A DNA stretch of 49,606 bases from an uncultured Vicinamibacteraceae bacterium (GTDB lineage: Bacteria; Acidobacteriota; Vicinamibacteria; Vicinamibacterales; UBA8438): the NCBI GenBank assembly GCA_964634175.1, contig CAZWIL010000002.1:1-49606 (forward strand), given 5' to 3'. The notes beneath the pieces are model-generated. The model worked only from the letters and a program-made list of their open reading frames with translations, was not told the DNA's origin and searched no databases. Position 1 is the first letter of the stretch. Each line of letters opens with the position of its first letter. This document shows positions 1-8,561 of the stretch, one piece after another. The position numbers and the translations under genes were made by a program.

Positions 1-340
1 ACGCCGCCCCGCCGTCCCACCACGTCCGGTGCCGCGGAGACTGGTCGGGCCCGGGCTCATCGACCCGCGAGACCGTCATGAGATACATCGCGACCAGAAA
101 CTCGGTATCCCATTTGTGTTGCTGAAACGTTCCAACCGGAGAACCAACGATCTGACCATGTACACCGGCTTCCTCGAGCGCTTCTCTCAGAGCGGCCCCT
201 CGTATCGAATCCCCCGCTTCAATGATGCCTTTAGGAAATGTCCAATGGCGACCACTGGACGTCGTAATGAGGCAGAAACGCGTCTCTTTCCCCCGCCCTC
301 GGTACGGAATGACGCCCGCCTGCTTGCGACCCGACTTCAT
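1..340 (-). CDS. NUDIX hydrolase, partial (C-terminal end runs off the left edge of the window)
   Basis: Absent from the ORF track because no stop codon lies in the window. My own reverse-strand translation from ATG 340..338 reads MKSGRKQAGVIPYRGRGKETRFCLITTSSGRHWTFPKGIIEAGDSIRGAALREALEEAGVHGQIVG... and stays open to position 1. It contains a Nudix box (KGIIEAGDSIRGAALREALEEAGV, REx2EExGU core intact). This makes the + strand ORF 29..520 a shadow. Confidence 0.75.
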   Translation of the reverse strand, partial: MKSGRKQAGVIPYRGRGKETRFCLITTSSGRHWTFPKGIIEAGDSIRGAALREALEEAGVHGQIVGSPVGTFQQHKWDTEFLVAMYLMTVSRVDEPGPDQSPRHRTWWDGGAA

Positions 341-346
341 GAGGCG

Positions 347-354
347 ACTATAAT
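347..354. promoter_or_regulatory. Candidate bidirectional -10 element (ACTATAAT) in the 22-bp gap between divergent start codons
   Basis: TATAAT (349..354, + strand) ends 8 nt before ATG 363. On the other strand TATAGT (352..347) ends 6 nt before ATG 340. There is no Shine-Dalgarno sequence on either side. Both genes would be leaderless. Confidence 0.4.
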
Positions 355-362
355 GCGAAACG

Positions 363-2015
363 ATGAGGCACCTATGGCGCGGCATGTTCGCGGTTGGACT
401 AACCCTGGCACTGTCAACCGTTGTGCAACCAAACTCAACAGCCCAAACATCGCCGGCCGCGGCCTGCGAAGCCCTACTCGACCTCCGCAGTTTGACGTTG
501 ACATCTGCCCGACTTGTTGACACTGACCCCACTGGGGTGACTTATTGCTACGTCAAGGGCATCCTGTCTCCGGCCATTGGATTCCATACGCAGCTACCGC
601 TGCCGGACCAGTGGAACGGTCGCTACTTGACGTGGGGAGATGGTGGCAAAGATGGCGACTTGGATTTTGCCGATGCGCGTGTCGCTGAAGGCTATGCGGT
701 CGCGAACAGTAACACCGGTCACGACAACGGCGTGGAACCTGGTTCATCGTTTGGATGGCACAACCGGCAGGCCGAAATTGACTTTGGCTATCGAGCGGTG
801 CATCTGACGACCGCAGCGGGCAAAGTACTCACCCGCGCTTACTATGGCATGGACCCGGAGTACTCCTATTTTGAAGGATGCTCAACGGGTGGTCGGCAGG
901 GGCTGATGGAAGCCCAACGCTACCCAGACGACTTTGACGGTATCGTCGCGGGCGCACCCGTGAACTACTATCAAGCGCTTAATGCCAGTCGGATGTGGTT
1001 GATGCAACAAGTGTACGCCAACGACCTTGAAGCTTCTCTCACCGTCGACACCACCGGTGACGGCCAGCCCGATAGCGACCGCAAACTGGTGATGCTGGCG
1101 GAACAGGTTATGGCAGCCTGTGATGGTGCCGACGGCGTGACTGATGGTGTAATCAACGACCCGACGCGCTGCGACTTCACGCCAGCGCGTGACCTTGCCG
1201 GCATGATGTGTCTGGATGACGTCAACCGGGACAATTGCTTCACGCGCGCACAGTTGGCGCTGATTGAAACACTCTACTCCGGCACTCGTGACAGCACCGG
1301 CACACTCGTATATCAAGGCAAGCCGTTCGGATCTGAACGTGGGTGGCGTGCCCGCCTCTTTCCACACCCGAGCAATAACTTTACTCCCGGGAACTTCGGC
1401 ATTGCGGGTGACCACCTTAACTACATCTTTTACGAAGACGACCCCGGGGTGACCATTCCTGACTTGACGGACGTGTCGATACAACCAAATCGGGCACGGA
1501 ACCCACCTGAATGGTCTTGGCAGGAATTCGACATCGACGATATGACGAACGGGAAGGCAGACCTGTTGATGTCGATCATGGATGCGTCCGACCCCGACCT
1601 GACCAGGTTCCTCATGCGCAATAACGGCAAGTTACTTCTGTATCACGGCTGGAACGATGTGATGACGGTGGCTCCTGCCACGATCGACTACTACGACCAA
1701 GTGGTCGAGACAACGTTCGACGGTGACATAGATGCCGCCAAAGAACGAGCACGACTGTTTCTGGCGCCGGGCATGGGACACTGTCGTGGGGATGTCGGTC
1801 CGGATAGCTGGGACCGGCTCGCTCCGTTGGTCGAATGGGTCGAACACGGTCGCGCACCTGATGCGATCATCGCCAGCCATTCCACCAACGGTAGCGTTGA
1901 CAATGAACGCCCCTTGTGTCCCTACCCCGACCAGGCTGTCTACACTGGGCCGCTCGGAGGAGAAAACAATTCTGAAAATTGGGTTGCGGATAACTTCAGT
2001 TGTCGCAAGCCATAA
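363..2015 (+). CDS. Tannase/feruloyl esterase family serine hydrolase, secreted
   Basis: 550-aa ORF. Signal-peptide-like N-terminus (MRHLWRGMFAVGLTLALSTVVQP). Nucleophile elbow GCSTGGRQG followed by YPDDFDGIVAGAPV, and PGMGHC near the C-terminus, which is the pattern of the tannase/feruloyl esterase family. Confidence 0.85.
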   Translation: MRHLWRGMFAVGLTLALSTVVQPNSTAQTSPAAACEALLDLRSLTLTSARLVDTDPTGVTYCYVKGILSPAIGFHTQLPLPDQWNGRYLTWGDGGKDGDLDFADARVAEGYAVANSNTGHDNGVEPGSSFGWHNRQAEIDFGYRAVHLTTAAGKVLTRAYYGMDPEYSYFEGCSTGGRQGLMEAQRYPDDFDGIVAGAPVNYYQALNASRMWLMQQVYANDLEASLTVDTTGDGQPDSDRKLVMLAEQVMAACDGADGVTDGVINDPTRCDFTPARDLAGMMCLDDVNRDNCFTRAQLALIETLYSGTRDSTGTLVYQGKPFGSERGWRARLFPHPSNNFTPGNFGIAGDHLNYIFYEDDPGVTIPDLTDVSIQPNRARNPPEWSWQEFDIDDMTNGKADLLMSIMDASDPDLTRFLMRNNGKLLLYHGWNDVMTVAPATIDYYDQVVETTFDGDIDAAKERARLFLAPGMGHCRGDVGPDSWDRLAPLVEWVEHGRAPDAIIASHSTNGSVDNERPLCPYPDQAVYTGPLGGENNSENWVADNFSCRKP

Positions 2016-2025
2016 GGAGACCGTG

Positions 2026-3507
2026 ATGACATTCGTGACGACACTCACTCCCCCTGATCTCTGGAGCCACTTCGACACAATTCTGACGATTCCGCGCGGA
2101 TCGAAGAATGAGGAGAGAATGCGACAGATGGTCGTCCGGGTCGCCACTGAAGCCGGGCTCGAATATGCCGTCGACGCCGCCGGCAATGTTGTCGTGCATA
2201 AGCCTGGAACCACCGGTTATGAAACCGCCAAGACCGCTCCATATAAAACGATCATTCTTCAATCTCATTTGGACATGGTCAATGAAAAGAACAGCGACCA
2301 TTCACACGATTTTCTGACAGATCCGATCGTCCCGCAGCGGTCCGGGGAATATCTCACAGCCGATGGCACGACGCTCGGATCGGACAACGGTGTCGGCGTA
2401 GCCGCCATGTTGGCCATCATGGAAGCGACTGACCTGACACACGGCCCCATTGAGTTTTTATTTACTGTCGACGAGGAAACCGGCCTCACAGGAGCCTCGG
2501 AACTTGATGCCACACTGCTGAGTGGTCGAAAACTGATCAACCTGGATTCCGAGGAAGAAGGGATTCTTTACGTCGGTTGCGCGGGAGGTGGTGAAAGTCG
2601 CCTGACACTCGACACCTCGACCACTACCGCCGACACAACCTCCGTCACACTGGGCATACGACTAACCGGACTCAAGGGCGGCCATTCCGGATGCGACATT
2701 CACCTACAACGCGGGAATGCGATCAAGCTTTTGGGGCGACTCCTCTGGAATGCCTATCTCGCTGCACCGTTCTCTCTCGTCCAACTCGACGGCGGAAGTG
2801 CCCATAATGCGATCCCGCGCGAAGCCTTTGCGGTAGTGACAGTCGACGCCGAAACCAAGAAAGCCTTTCTAGCAACAGTGAAAGCGGAGCAAGCCGCCAT
2901 TCAGGATGAATACGCTTCGAGCGATCCCGACATACAGCTAGATATCAACTCAATGAAACCTGTACCCCTTATCTGGAGCCGGTCAACCACCGAAACCGTC
3001 TTAGGACTCCTCGCAGCCCTTCCCCATGGCGTAGTCACGATGAGTCACGACATTCCGGATCTCGTCGAAACGAGTATTAATCTCGCGACCGTAAAACAGA
3101 CCGAAGCTCAAGTCACGGTCAGTCTCAGTAGTCGCTCATCGATCGATTCGGCCCTTGATTCTTTACGCCAGCAGGTCCGTGCCAGCGGCGTGTTGGCAGG
3201 CGCGCAAATCGACGAAGACACACCATACCCTGGATGGAAACCGAATCTCGATTCCCCTCTCCTTAAAGCCGTTACCGGGGTGCATACCCGCGAGTTCGGT
3301 AGCGCGCCTGAGGTGAAGGCAATCCACGCGGGACTCGAGTGCGGCATTCTCGGAAAAAAGTCTCCTGGCATAGATATGATTTCGTTTGGGCCAGTCATCC
3401 AGTTCCCTCATTCTCCCGATGAACGCGTGCATATTGATTCAGTTGGACGTTTCTACCGACTCCTAACGGCCACGCTAGAATTCTTAACCAAGAACCCACG
3501 GGCATAG
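2026..3507 (+). CDS. pepD: Aminoacyl-histidine (Xaa-His) dipeptidase, M20C family
   Basis: MTFVTTLTPPDLWSHFDTILTIPRGSKNEE..., with HLDMV, SDNGVGVAAM, TVDEETGLTGA, NLDSEEEG and HAGLECG motifs typical of PepD. I chose ATG 2026 rather than the track start 1732 because AAGGAGA lies at 2014..2020 and the upstream gene stops at 2015. The 1732 start would overlap that gene by 284 nt. Confidence 0.9.
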   Translation: MTFVTTLTPPDLWSHFDTILTIPRGSKNEERMRQMVVRVATEAGLEYAVDAAGNVVVHKPGTTGYETAKTAPYKTIILQSHLDMVNEKNSDHSHDFLTDPIVPQRSGEYLTADGTTLGSDNGVGVAAMLAIMEATDLTHGPIEFLFTVDEETGLTGASELDATLLSGRKLINLDSEEEGILYVGCAGGGESRLTLDTSTTTADTTSVTLGIRLTGLKGGHSGCDIHLQRGNAIKLLGRLLWNAYLAAPFSLVQLDGGSAHNAIPREAFAVVTVDAETKKAFLATVKAEQAAIQDEYASSDPDIQLDINSMKPVPLIWSRSTTETVLGLLAALPHGVVTMSHDIPDLVETSINLATVKQTEAQVTVSLSSRSSIDSALDSLRQQVRASGVLAGAQIDEDTPYPGWKPNLDSPLLKAVTGVHTREFGSAPEVKAIHAGLECGILGKKSPGIDMISFGPVIQFPHSPDERVHIDSVGRFYRLLTATLEFLTKNPRA

Positions 3508-3561
3508 CGCCCATCGTGTGCGTTGACGCCAGCGAGCAGAACCGTCCACGGCTGAAGCTTG

Positions 3562-3570
3562 TGGTAGGAT
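3562..3570 (+). promoter_or_regulatory. Candidate extended -10 (TGgTAGGAT) immediately upstream of the cytochrome c gene
   Basis: The TGnTAnnnT pattern ends 7 nt before the second in-frame ATG (3578). This would give a leaderless or near-leaderless transcript starting at MNRVFVIK. Confidence 0.3.
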
Positions 3571-4384
3571 GCCCGCCATGAATCGAGTGTTCGTAATAAA
3601 GACGTTGAGCAGTCTCTTGGGTTTGACGTTGACGATAGTCGTTGTGACGCAACAATCGCCACTACGCGCTGAGCAAGAACACGCCGGGTCATATGCTCAA
3701 GCAGACATTCAAGTCGGTCTGCGTCTCTACAGTGCCACCTGTACCACCTGCCACGGCCCGAATGGTGACCTCGTGCCAAGCATCGACCTGCGCACGGGCG
3801 AGTTCGAACGCGCACCCTCGGACCCCCAATTAATGGAACTCATCAAGAACGGTATTCCTGGCACTGCGATGCCACCAGGACAATACAGCGACGCCGAATT
3901 AACGGGCCTTGTGGCCTATCTTCGCACCATGGGAGACCTTGATCTCAATGACGCCGCGCGTGGTGACGTGGCGCGAGGTCAAGCACTCTACAACGGCAAG
4001 GGTGATTGCGCGAGTTGTCACCGGATTGGCCAGAGTGGATCACGGCTCGGACCGGATTTAAGTGACGTTGGCGCCAATCGAACTGCAGCCCTTTTGGAAA
4101 ACGCCTTGATTGACCCGACAGGTTCCATGTTTCCGATCAATCGCCCTGTCCGCGTGGTCACCGAAGCCGGCGCATTGTATGAAGGACGTCGGGTCAACGA
4201 AGACACCTACACCGTACAATTGATCGACCAGAATGAACGACTACGCTCTTTAGAGAAATCCTCCATCCGTGAATTTACGGTGATGGACGAATCACCTATG
4301 CCCGCCTACGGAGTCCTGTTTAATTCACAGGAACTATCTGACGTCGTGGCGTACCTGTTGTCGTTACGAGGACTGGAGAACTAG
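3569..4384 (+). CDS. Di-haem c-type cytochrome (second half resembles the PVC-type haem-binding domain), copy 1
   Basis: Signal peptide. Two CxxCH motifs (CTTCHG and CASCHR). The C-terminal module GDCASCHRIGQSGSRLGPDLSDVG...SPMPAY...ELSDVVAYLLSL matches the Pirellula/Verrucomicrobium-type haem-binding domain pattern. The start may be ATG 3578 instead of 3569. The stop lies 4 nt before the PQQ dehydrogenase start. Confidence 0.85.
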   Translation: MPAMNRVFVIKTLSSLLGLTLTIVVVTQQSPLRAEQEHAGSYAQADIQVGLRLYSATCTTCHGPNGDLVPSIDLRTGEFERAPSDPQLMELIKNGIPGTAMPPGQYSDAELTGLVAYLRTMGDLDLNDAARGDVARGQALYNGKGDCASCHRIGQSGSRLGPDLSDVGANRTAALLENALIDPTGSMFPINRPVRVVTEAGALYEGRRVNEDTYTVQLIDQNERLRSLEKSSIREFTVMDESPMPAYGVLFNSQELSDVVAYLLSLRGLEN

Positions 4385-4388
4385 AGGA

Positions 4389-6044
4389 ATGACGCGCCAT
4401 ATCGCACTTGTCACGATCACGGCCCTCCTAGCAGCGCCGGCGCTAGTCGGCGCCCAGGTCACGTACGAACGAATCCTCAATGCGGCAGACGAGCCGGAAA
4501 ACTGGTTGACTTACTCCGGCAGCTACGACAGCCAGCGGCACACCGGACTGGACCAGATTACTGCCGACAATGTGACTGACCTTGAATTGAAATGGGTCCA
4601 TCAAGCGGATTCACTCCAAGCCTTCGAAACAAGTCCTTTGGTTGTAGACGGCATCATGTACCTAACGGAAGCACCCAATACGGTGGTGGCACTCGACGCG
4701 AAGCTTGGGCGGGTGTTTTGGGTCTACGAGTACACGCCGTCGAACGAATCGCGGCCCTGCTGCGGTGCCGTAAATCGCGGGCTCGGAATCTTGGGCGACA
4801 CCCTGTTCATGGCGACCCTCGACGCAAACCTGATCGCGATCGACATCTGGTCCGGTAAACCGATTTGGATGAAAGATGTAGCTGATCCGGAATTGGGATA
4901 TGCGATGACATTGGCCCCGCTTGTCCTAAAAGACAAGGTTGTCGTCGGCGTTGCCGGTGGCGAATACGGCATTCGTGGCTTCATTGCTGCCTTCGATGCC
5001 GACACAGGTGACGAGAGTTGGCGTTTCTACACAATTCCGGGACCAGGCGAACCCGGCCATGAAACGTGGGAAGGCGGAGGGGATGCCTGGGAGCATGGTG
5101 GTGCGCCAGTGTGGCTAACCGGATCCTATGACCCCGAACTCAACCTGACGTATTGGGGCATCGGCAATCCTGGACCTGACTGGAACCCCGAACAACGTCC
5201 CGGTGACAACCTCTACTCTGACTGTGTCGTTGCCCTAGATGCGGACACTGGCGAACTGAAGTGGTATTTCCAGTTTACCCCCAATGACGACTACGACTTC
5301 GATGCCGTGCAAATTCCGGTGTTGGTCGACTACACCTCACCAAACGGTCAGACACTCAAACTGATGCTCTGGGGCAATCGAAACGGCTTCTTTTATGTTC
5401 TCGATCGAGAGGGTGGGCGGTTCGTTTCAGGGAGCCCATACGTCGACGTCAACTGGGCTGAAGGCCTGGATGACAGTGGCCGACCGGTCGAAACACCACA
5501 GCCAGCAGGTTCTCCGACATTTCCTGGGATCTTCGGTGGTACGAATTGGTACTCACCGTCGTATAGCCCCAGTACCGGGTTGTTCTACCTATCCGCCTGG
5601 GAGGCATACGGCGCCATTATGGAGCCGGCTGAAGCCGAGTACCAGCCCGGGCGGATTTTCATGGGTGGCCGCACGCGCCCAACCGGAGTCGCTGGTGCCC
5701 CTCGCCTGCCCGGTCTCGGGCGTGGCCACGTCAACAACTGGACGGCGGAGGCTGGTCGGGGCGCGGTCAAAGCTATCGACCCGACTACTGGCGAAGAAAT
5801 GTGGAAATTCGAGATGACCGACGTCACCACCAGCGGTATCCTGACAACGGCTTCGGATCTCCTGTTTACCGGCGGACGCGAAGGCTACTTTCATGCTCTT
5901 GACGCAACCAATGGTGAACTGCTCTGGAAAACAACGCTGGGCGGCATGATAGCGAATGGTCCAATCGCATATGGAGTCGACGGCAACCAATTCGTGGCCG
6001 TCGCGGCTGGAAATGGCTTGTTCGTATTCGGCCTACGTGAATAG
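4389..6044 (+). CDS. PQQ-dependent alcohol dehydrogenase, methanol/ethanol family, copy 1
   Basis: 551 aa with a signal peptide. Vicinal Cys pair in SRPCCGAVNRGL (TGC TGC 4758..4763), as in the MxaF/XoxF/ExaA ring disulfide. Repeated propeller motifs (GGEYGIRGFIAA, WGIGNPGPDWN, DADTGELKW). Active-site stretch NDDYDFDAVQ. Confidence 0.9.
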   Translation: MTRHIALVTITALLAAPALVGAQVTYERILNAADEPENWLTYSGSYDSQRHTGLDQITADNVTDLELKWVHQADSLQAFETSPLVVDGIMYLTEAPNTVVALDAKLGRVFWVYEYTPSNESRPCCGAVNRGLGILGDTLFMATLDANLIAIDIWSGKPIWMKDVADPELGYAMTLAPLVLKDKVVVGVAGGEYGIRGFIAAFDADTGDESWRFYTIPGPGEPGHETWEGGGDAWEHGGAPVWLTGSYDPELNLTYWGIGNPGPDWNPEQRPGDNLYSDCVVALDADTGELKWYFQFTPNDDYDFDAVQIPVLVDYTSPNGQTLKLMLWGNRNGFFYVLDREGGRFVSGSPYVDVNWAEGLDDSGRPVETPQPAGSPTFPGIFGGTNWYSPSYSPSTGLFYLSAWEAYGAIMEPAEAEYQPGRIFMGGRTRPTGVAGAPRLPGLGRGHVNNWTAEAGRGAVKAIDPTTGEEMWKFEMTDVTTSGILTTASDLLFTGGREGYFHALDATNGELLWKTTLGGMIANGPIAYGVDGNQFVAVAAGNGLFVFGLRE

Positions 6045-6113
6045 TATCGGTAACGCGGCCGACTTCACGAATCACACTAACTTCATTCGTGAGCGCGCCT
6101 AAGTGAACGACTG

Positions 6114-6359
6114 ATGCCAATTTATGAATATCAATGCGGCGGGTGCGATACGCAGTTCGAACTGATCGTCCTCAAGAACACCGTCCCCCGCTGCCCGACT
6201 TGTCAGAGTGAAGAGCTTCAGCGGGTCCTCTCATCATTCGGCGTGAGCTCAGCGGGCACCCGTCGGTCAAACTTACAGTCGGAAAGACGAAAATCTGCGA
6301 AAGTGCAGCGAGACAAACAGCATGCAGAGCACGAATACATGCACAAACACCAACACTGA
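6114..6359 (+). CDS. FmdB-family zinc-ribbon protein
   Basis: MPIYEYQCGGCDTQFELIV...PRCPTCQSEELQRVLSSF. The two CxxC pairs in the canonical FmdB/CxxC_CxxC_SSSS arrangement. Confidence 0.8.
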   Translation: MPIYEYQCGGCDTQFELIVLKNTVPRCPTCQSEELQRVLSSFGVSSAGTRRSNLQSERRKSAKVQRDKQHAEHEYMHKHQH

Positions 6360-6390
6360 CTAAAGTGTACGGTGAATGTCAGGAGAGTCC

Positions 6391-7614
6391 ATGCCTAACG
6401 TTGTTCGACGAATCGCTTTCATCGCCGCGGTCGTGGTGGGCGGCAGTCTTTCAGTCGGCGCCGAACAGGCCACGCAAGCGCAATGGGTCACCGCCTGGAG
6501 CACATCCCAGCAAGGACAAGGGAATACTTCCTTGTCCAACGCCACCATTCGGCTGATGGCACGTGTCACAGCGTCCGGCGACGCAATCCGTATCCGCTTA
6601 GACAACAGTTACGGAACCCGGCCGCTCGTCGTAGCGGCGGCGACAGTAGGAGAACCGATGCGTGGTGCAGTACTGAGTCCAGGATCGACTCAACCGATCA
6701 GCTTTGATGGACGAGCTCAAGTCACCATTCCCGTCGGCGGGAGTGTCCAAAGTGACCCCCTCCAGATGCCTGTCCTGTCACAACAGGACCTTGCAATCAG
6801 TCTGCACCTGCCGGAAGCCGATATACGACCCAGTCAGCACAACGGTGCGAGAGTCACATCGTATTTCACGACCAACGGTGCGGGCGACCACACAACCGAC
6901 GAGACTGGGGACGCCTTCGTTGGGACAACCACATCCATGTTTTGGCTAAAATCCATCGACGTACTCAGCCCAACCTCTACCGGAACAATCGTTGCGTTTG
7001 GCGATTCGATCACAGACGGGTCGTGTTCAACCAACGACGGTCATGACCGCTGGGAAGACTGGGTTGCGGTTCGACTGCATTTAGCGGCGATGGACGGGAC
7101 ACACAAGGCAATCATTAATGAAGGTATCGGCGGCAATACGGTCACTGGGAACGTCAGTCCACCACCTTCCAGCACGCCGGGCACAGAACGTCTGGCTCGA
7201 GACGTCCTGTCGCACAGTGGGGTCACGCATGTTGTCCTGTTTATGGGTACCAATGACATCCGTCGAGACTCGACCGCCGCGCAGGTCATTGAGGGCACTC
7301 AGGAGATCATTGACCGCGCACACGCTGCCGGTCTCAAGATTATTGGCGTGACGATCATCCCCCGCCATAATCGGGCGCCTACGGAGAACAACAGCGGCTG
7401 GACACCGGCGAAAACGACAACCAGAAATGAAGTAAATGCGTGGATCAGAAACGAAGCGCCGTTTGATGGTGTCATTGATTTTGATCGCACCGTGCAAGAC
7501 CCGGACGATCCCAATCGGATTCATGCGCCCTTTGATTGTGATGGTATCCATCCCAATCCACGTGGCTACTACGAAATGGGCCTTGCTGTTGGACTGGAAC
7601 TATTTGTCGACTAA
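6391..7614 (+). CDS. SGNH/GDSL hydrolase with an N-terminal beta-sandwich-like domain, secreted
   Basis: SGNH blocks I FGDSITDG, II GIGGNT, III GTND and V DGIHPN. Start taken at ATG 6391 (AGGAG at 6381..6385, 5-nt spacer) rather than ATG 6376. Confidence 0.85.
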   Translation: MPNVVRRIAFIAAVVVGGSLSVGAEQATQAQWVTAWSTSQQGQGNTSLSNATIRLMARVTASGDAIRIRLDNSYGTRPLVVAAATVGEPMRGAVLSPGSTQPISFDGRAQVTIPVGGSVQSDPLQMPVLSQQDLAISLHLPEADIRPSQHNGARVTSYFTTNGAGDHTTDETGDAFVGTTTSMFWLKSIDVLSPTSTGTIVAFGDSITDGSCSTNDGHDRWEDWVAVRLHLAAMDGTHKAIINEGIGGNTVTGNVSPPPSSTPGTERLARDVLSHSGVTHVVLFMGTNDIRRDSTAAQVIEGTQEIIDRAHAAGLKIIGVTIIPRHNRAPTENNSGWTPAKTTTRNEVNAWIRNEAPFDGVIDFDRTVQDPDDPNRIHAPFDCDGIHPNPRGYYEMGLAVGLELFVD

Positions 7615-7636
7615 CGAATAATTCTTAGGGGTTACC

Positions 7637-8491
7637 ATGCACAATATGCGCAGACCAGTCGCTCTTGCTTCCCTAGCACTTGGTTTCGTAACACTGATTG
7701 CTGTGAGTGGTCAGCAGAGCGAACCACTCGATATTCAGCAGGTCAAAAACAACCTCTACATGATCACTGGCCCCGGCGGAAACATAGGGGTCCGAGTGAG
7801 TACTGATGGCGTAGTTCTAGTTGACAACAAGTTCGACCGGAATCACGACGCAATCATGAGCGCGGTCCAAAGTGTCACCAGCCAGCCAATCACCTATGTC
7901 ATTGGCACCCATCACCATGGCGACCACATGGGTGGGAATCCGTCATTTTCGACGCACGCCGATATCATCGGGCATCAAAACAACCGTACGAATATGCTGC
8001 GTGGGGACCAACCCGCACCACCGAACATCGTCTTTTCAGATGAGACCGCGGTCTTTCTTGGAGGCGTTGAAGTGCGCGCCTATCATTTTGGTCAGGGACA
8101 CACGAACGGCGATGCAGTGGTTTACTTTCCAGACCTCCGCACTATTCATGGAGGTGACCTGCTGCATGGAACAGCACCCTTTATCGACTACGCCAATGGT
8201 GGCAGTAGCCGGGCCTGGATAACAACACTTGATGCTCTCCTCGAACTCGACTGGGACACGGCGATCCCCGGCCACGGTGCCGTGATGACCCGCAGTGACG
8301 TACAAGACTTCCGGAACCAGATGGTCAGTGTGCGTACTCGCATGTCTGAATTAATCGATGGCGGCGTGTCACGAGAGGACGCACCGACTCGTCTGCGAAC
8401 CAACGAACTCAGCTGGACGGTGGCCGACGAAGGTCTGTTCATGCGGCGAAGTATTCCGGGGTTTTATGATGAAATGTCGGCCGAACGTTGA
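7637..8491 (+). CDS. MBL-fold metallo-hydrolase, secreted
   Basis: Signal peptide plus the GTHHHGDHMGGN metallo-beta-lactamase motif, with downstream His and Asp ligands (GHTNGD, PGHG). Confidence 0.85.
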   Translation: MHNMRRPVALASLALGFVTLIAVSGQQSEPLDIQQVKNNLYMITGPGGNIGVRVSTDGVVLVDNKFDRNHDAIMSAVQSVTSQPITYVIGTHHHGDHMGGNPSFSTHADIIGHQNNRTNMLRGDQPAPPNIVFSDETAVFLGGVEVRAYHFGQGHTNGDAVVYFPDLRTIHGGDLLHGTAPFIDYANGGSSRAWITTLDALLELDWDTAIPGHGAVMTRSDVQDFRNQMVSVRTRMSELIDGGVSREDAPTRLRTNELSWTVADEGLFMRRSIPGFYDEMSAER

Positions 8492-8546
8492 CAGAGCCAA
8501 AGCCAATGCTGTGATGACGGTCACCTACTGACACCTCTAGCCTCGC

Positions 8547-8552
8547 TATAAT
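8547..8552 (+). promoter_or_regulatory. Candidate -10 hexamer TATAAT, 9 nt upstream of ATG 8562 (leaderless-type)
   Basis: gcTATAATttttcgagaATG. No SD between the hexamer and the start codon. Confidence 0.35.
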
Positions 8553-8561
8553 TTTTCGAGA

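Noticed and set aside
29-520. 163-aa + strand ORF at the left edge
   Set aside because: It runs antisense to a clear NUDIX-box reading frame (1..340, minus strand) and then overlaps the tannase-family gene out of frame. Its sequence is Arg/Pro-rich with no motif, so it is a shadow ORF.
1732-2025. N-terminal extension of the pepD ORF (track start 1732)
   Set aside because: It overlaps the tannase-family gene by 284 nt and has no PepD similarity. ATG 2026 has AAGGAGA upstream and begins the conserved PepD N-terminus. Similar in-frame extensions were trimmed for the same reasons: 13118..13198 (monooxygenase B), 24538..24594 (rph), 28058..28165 (phoB), 33849..33884 (TetR) and 41344..41397 (Nramp-like).
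882-2213. Long antisense ORFs inside the tannase gene (882..1484 and 1632..2213, minus strand). Comparable ones occur elsewhere: 14936..15379, 20033..20620, 20313..21008, 22997..23482, 23151..23666 and 37634..38151.
   Set aside because: All lie fully inside confidently assigned genes on the opposite strand or in another frame. They are rich in Arg, Pro and Ser and carry no motifs, which is typical of shadow ORFs.
6065-6092. Hairpin TCACGAAT-n12-ATTCGTGA just after PQQ-ADH copy 1
   Set aside because: The 8-bp stem has no following U-tract. It is not distinguishable from chance, and the downstream FmdB gene may be co-transcribed.
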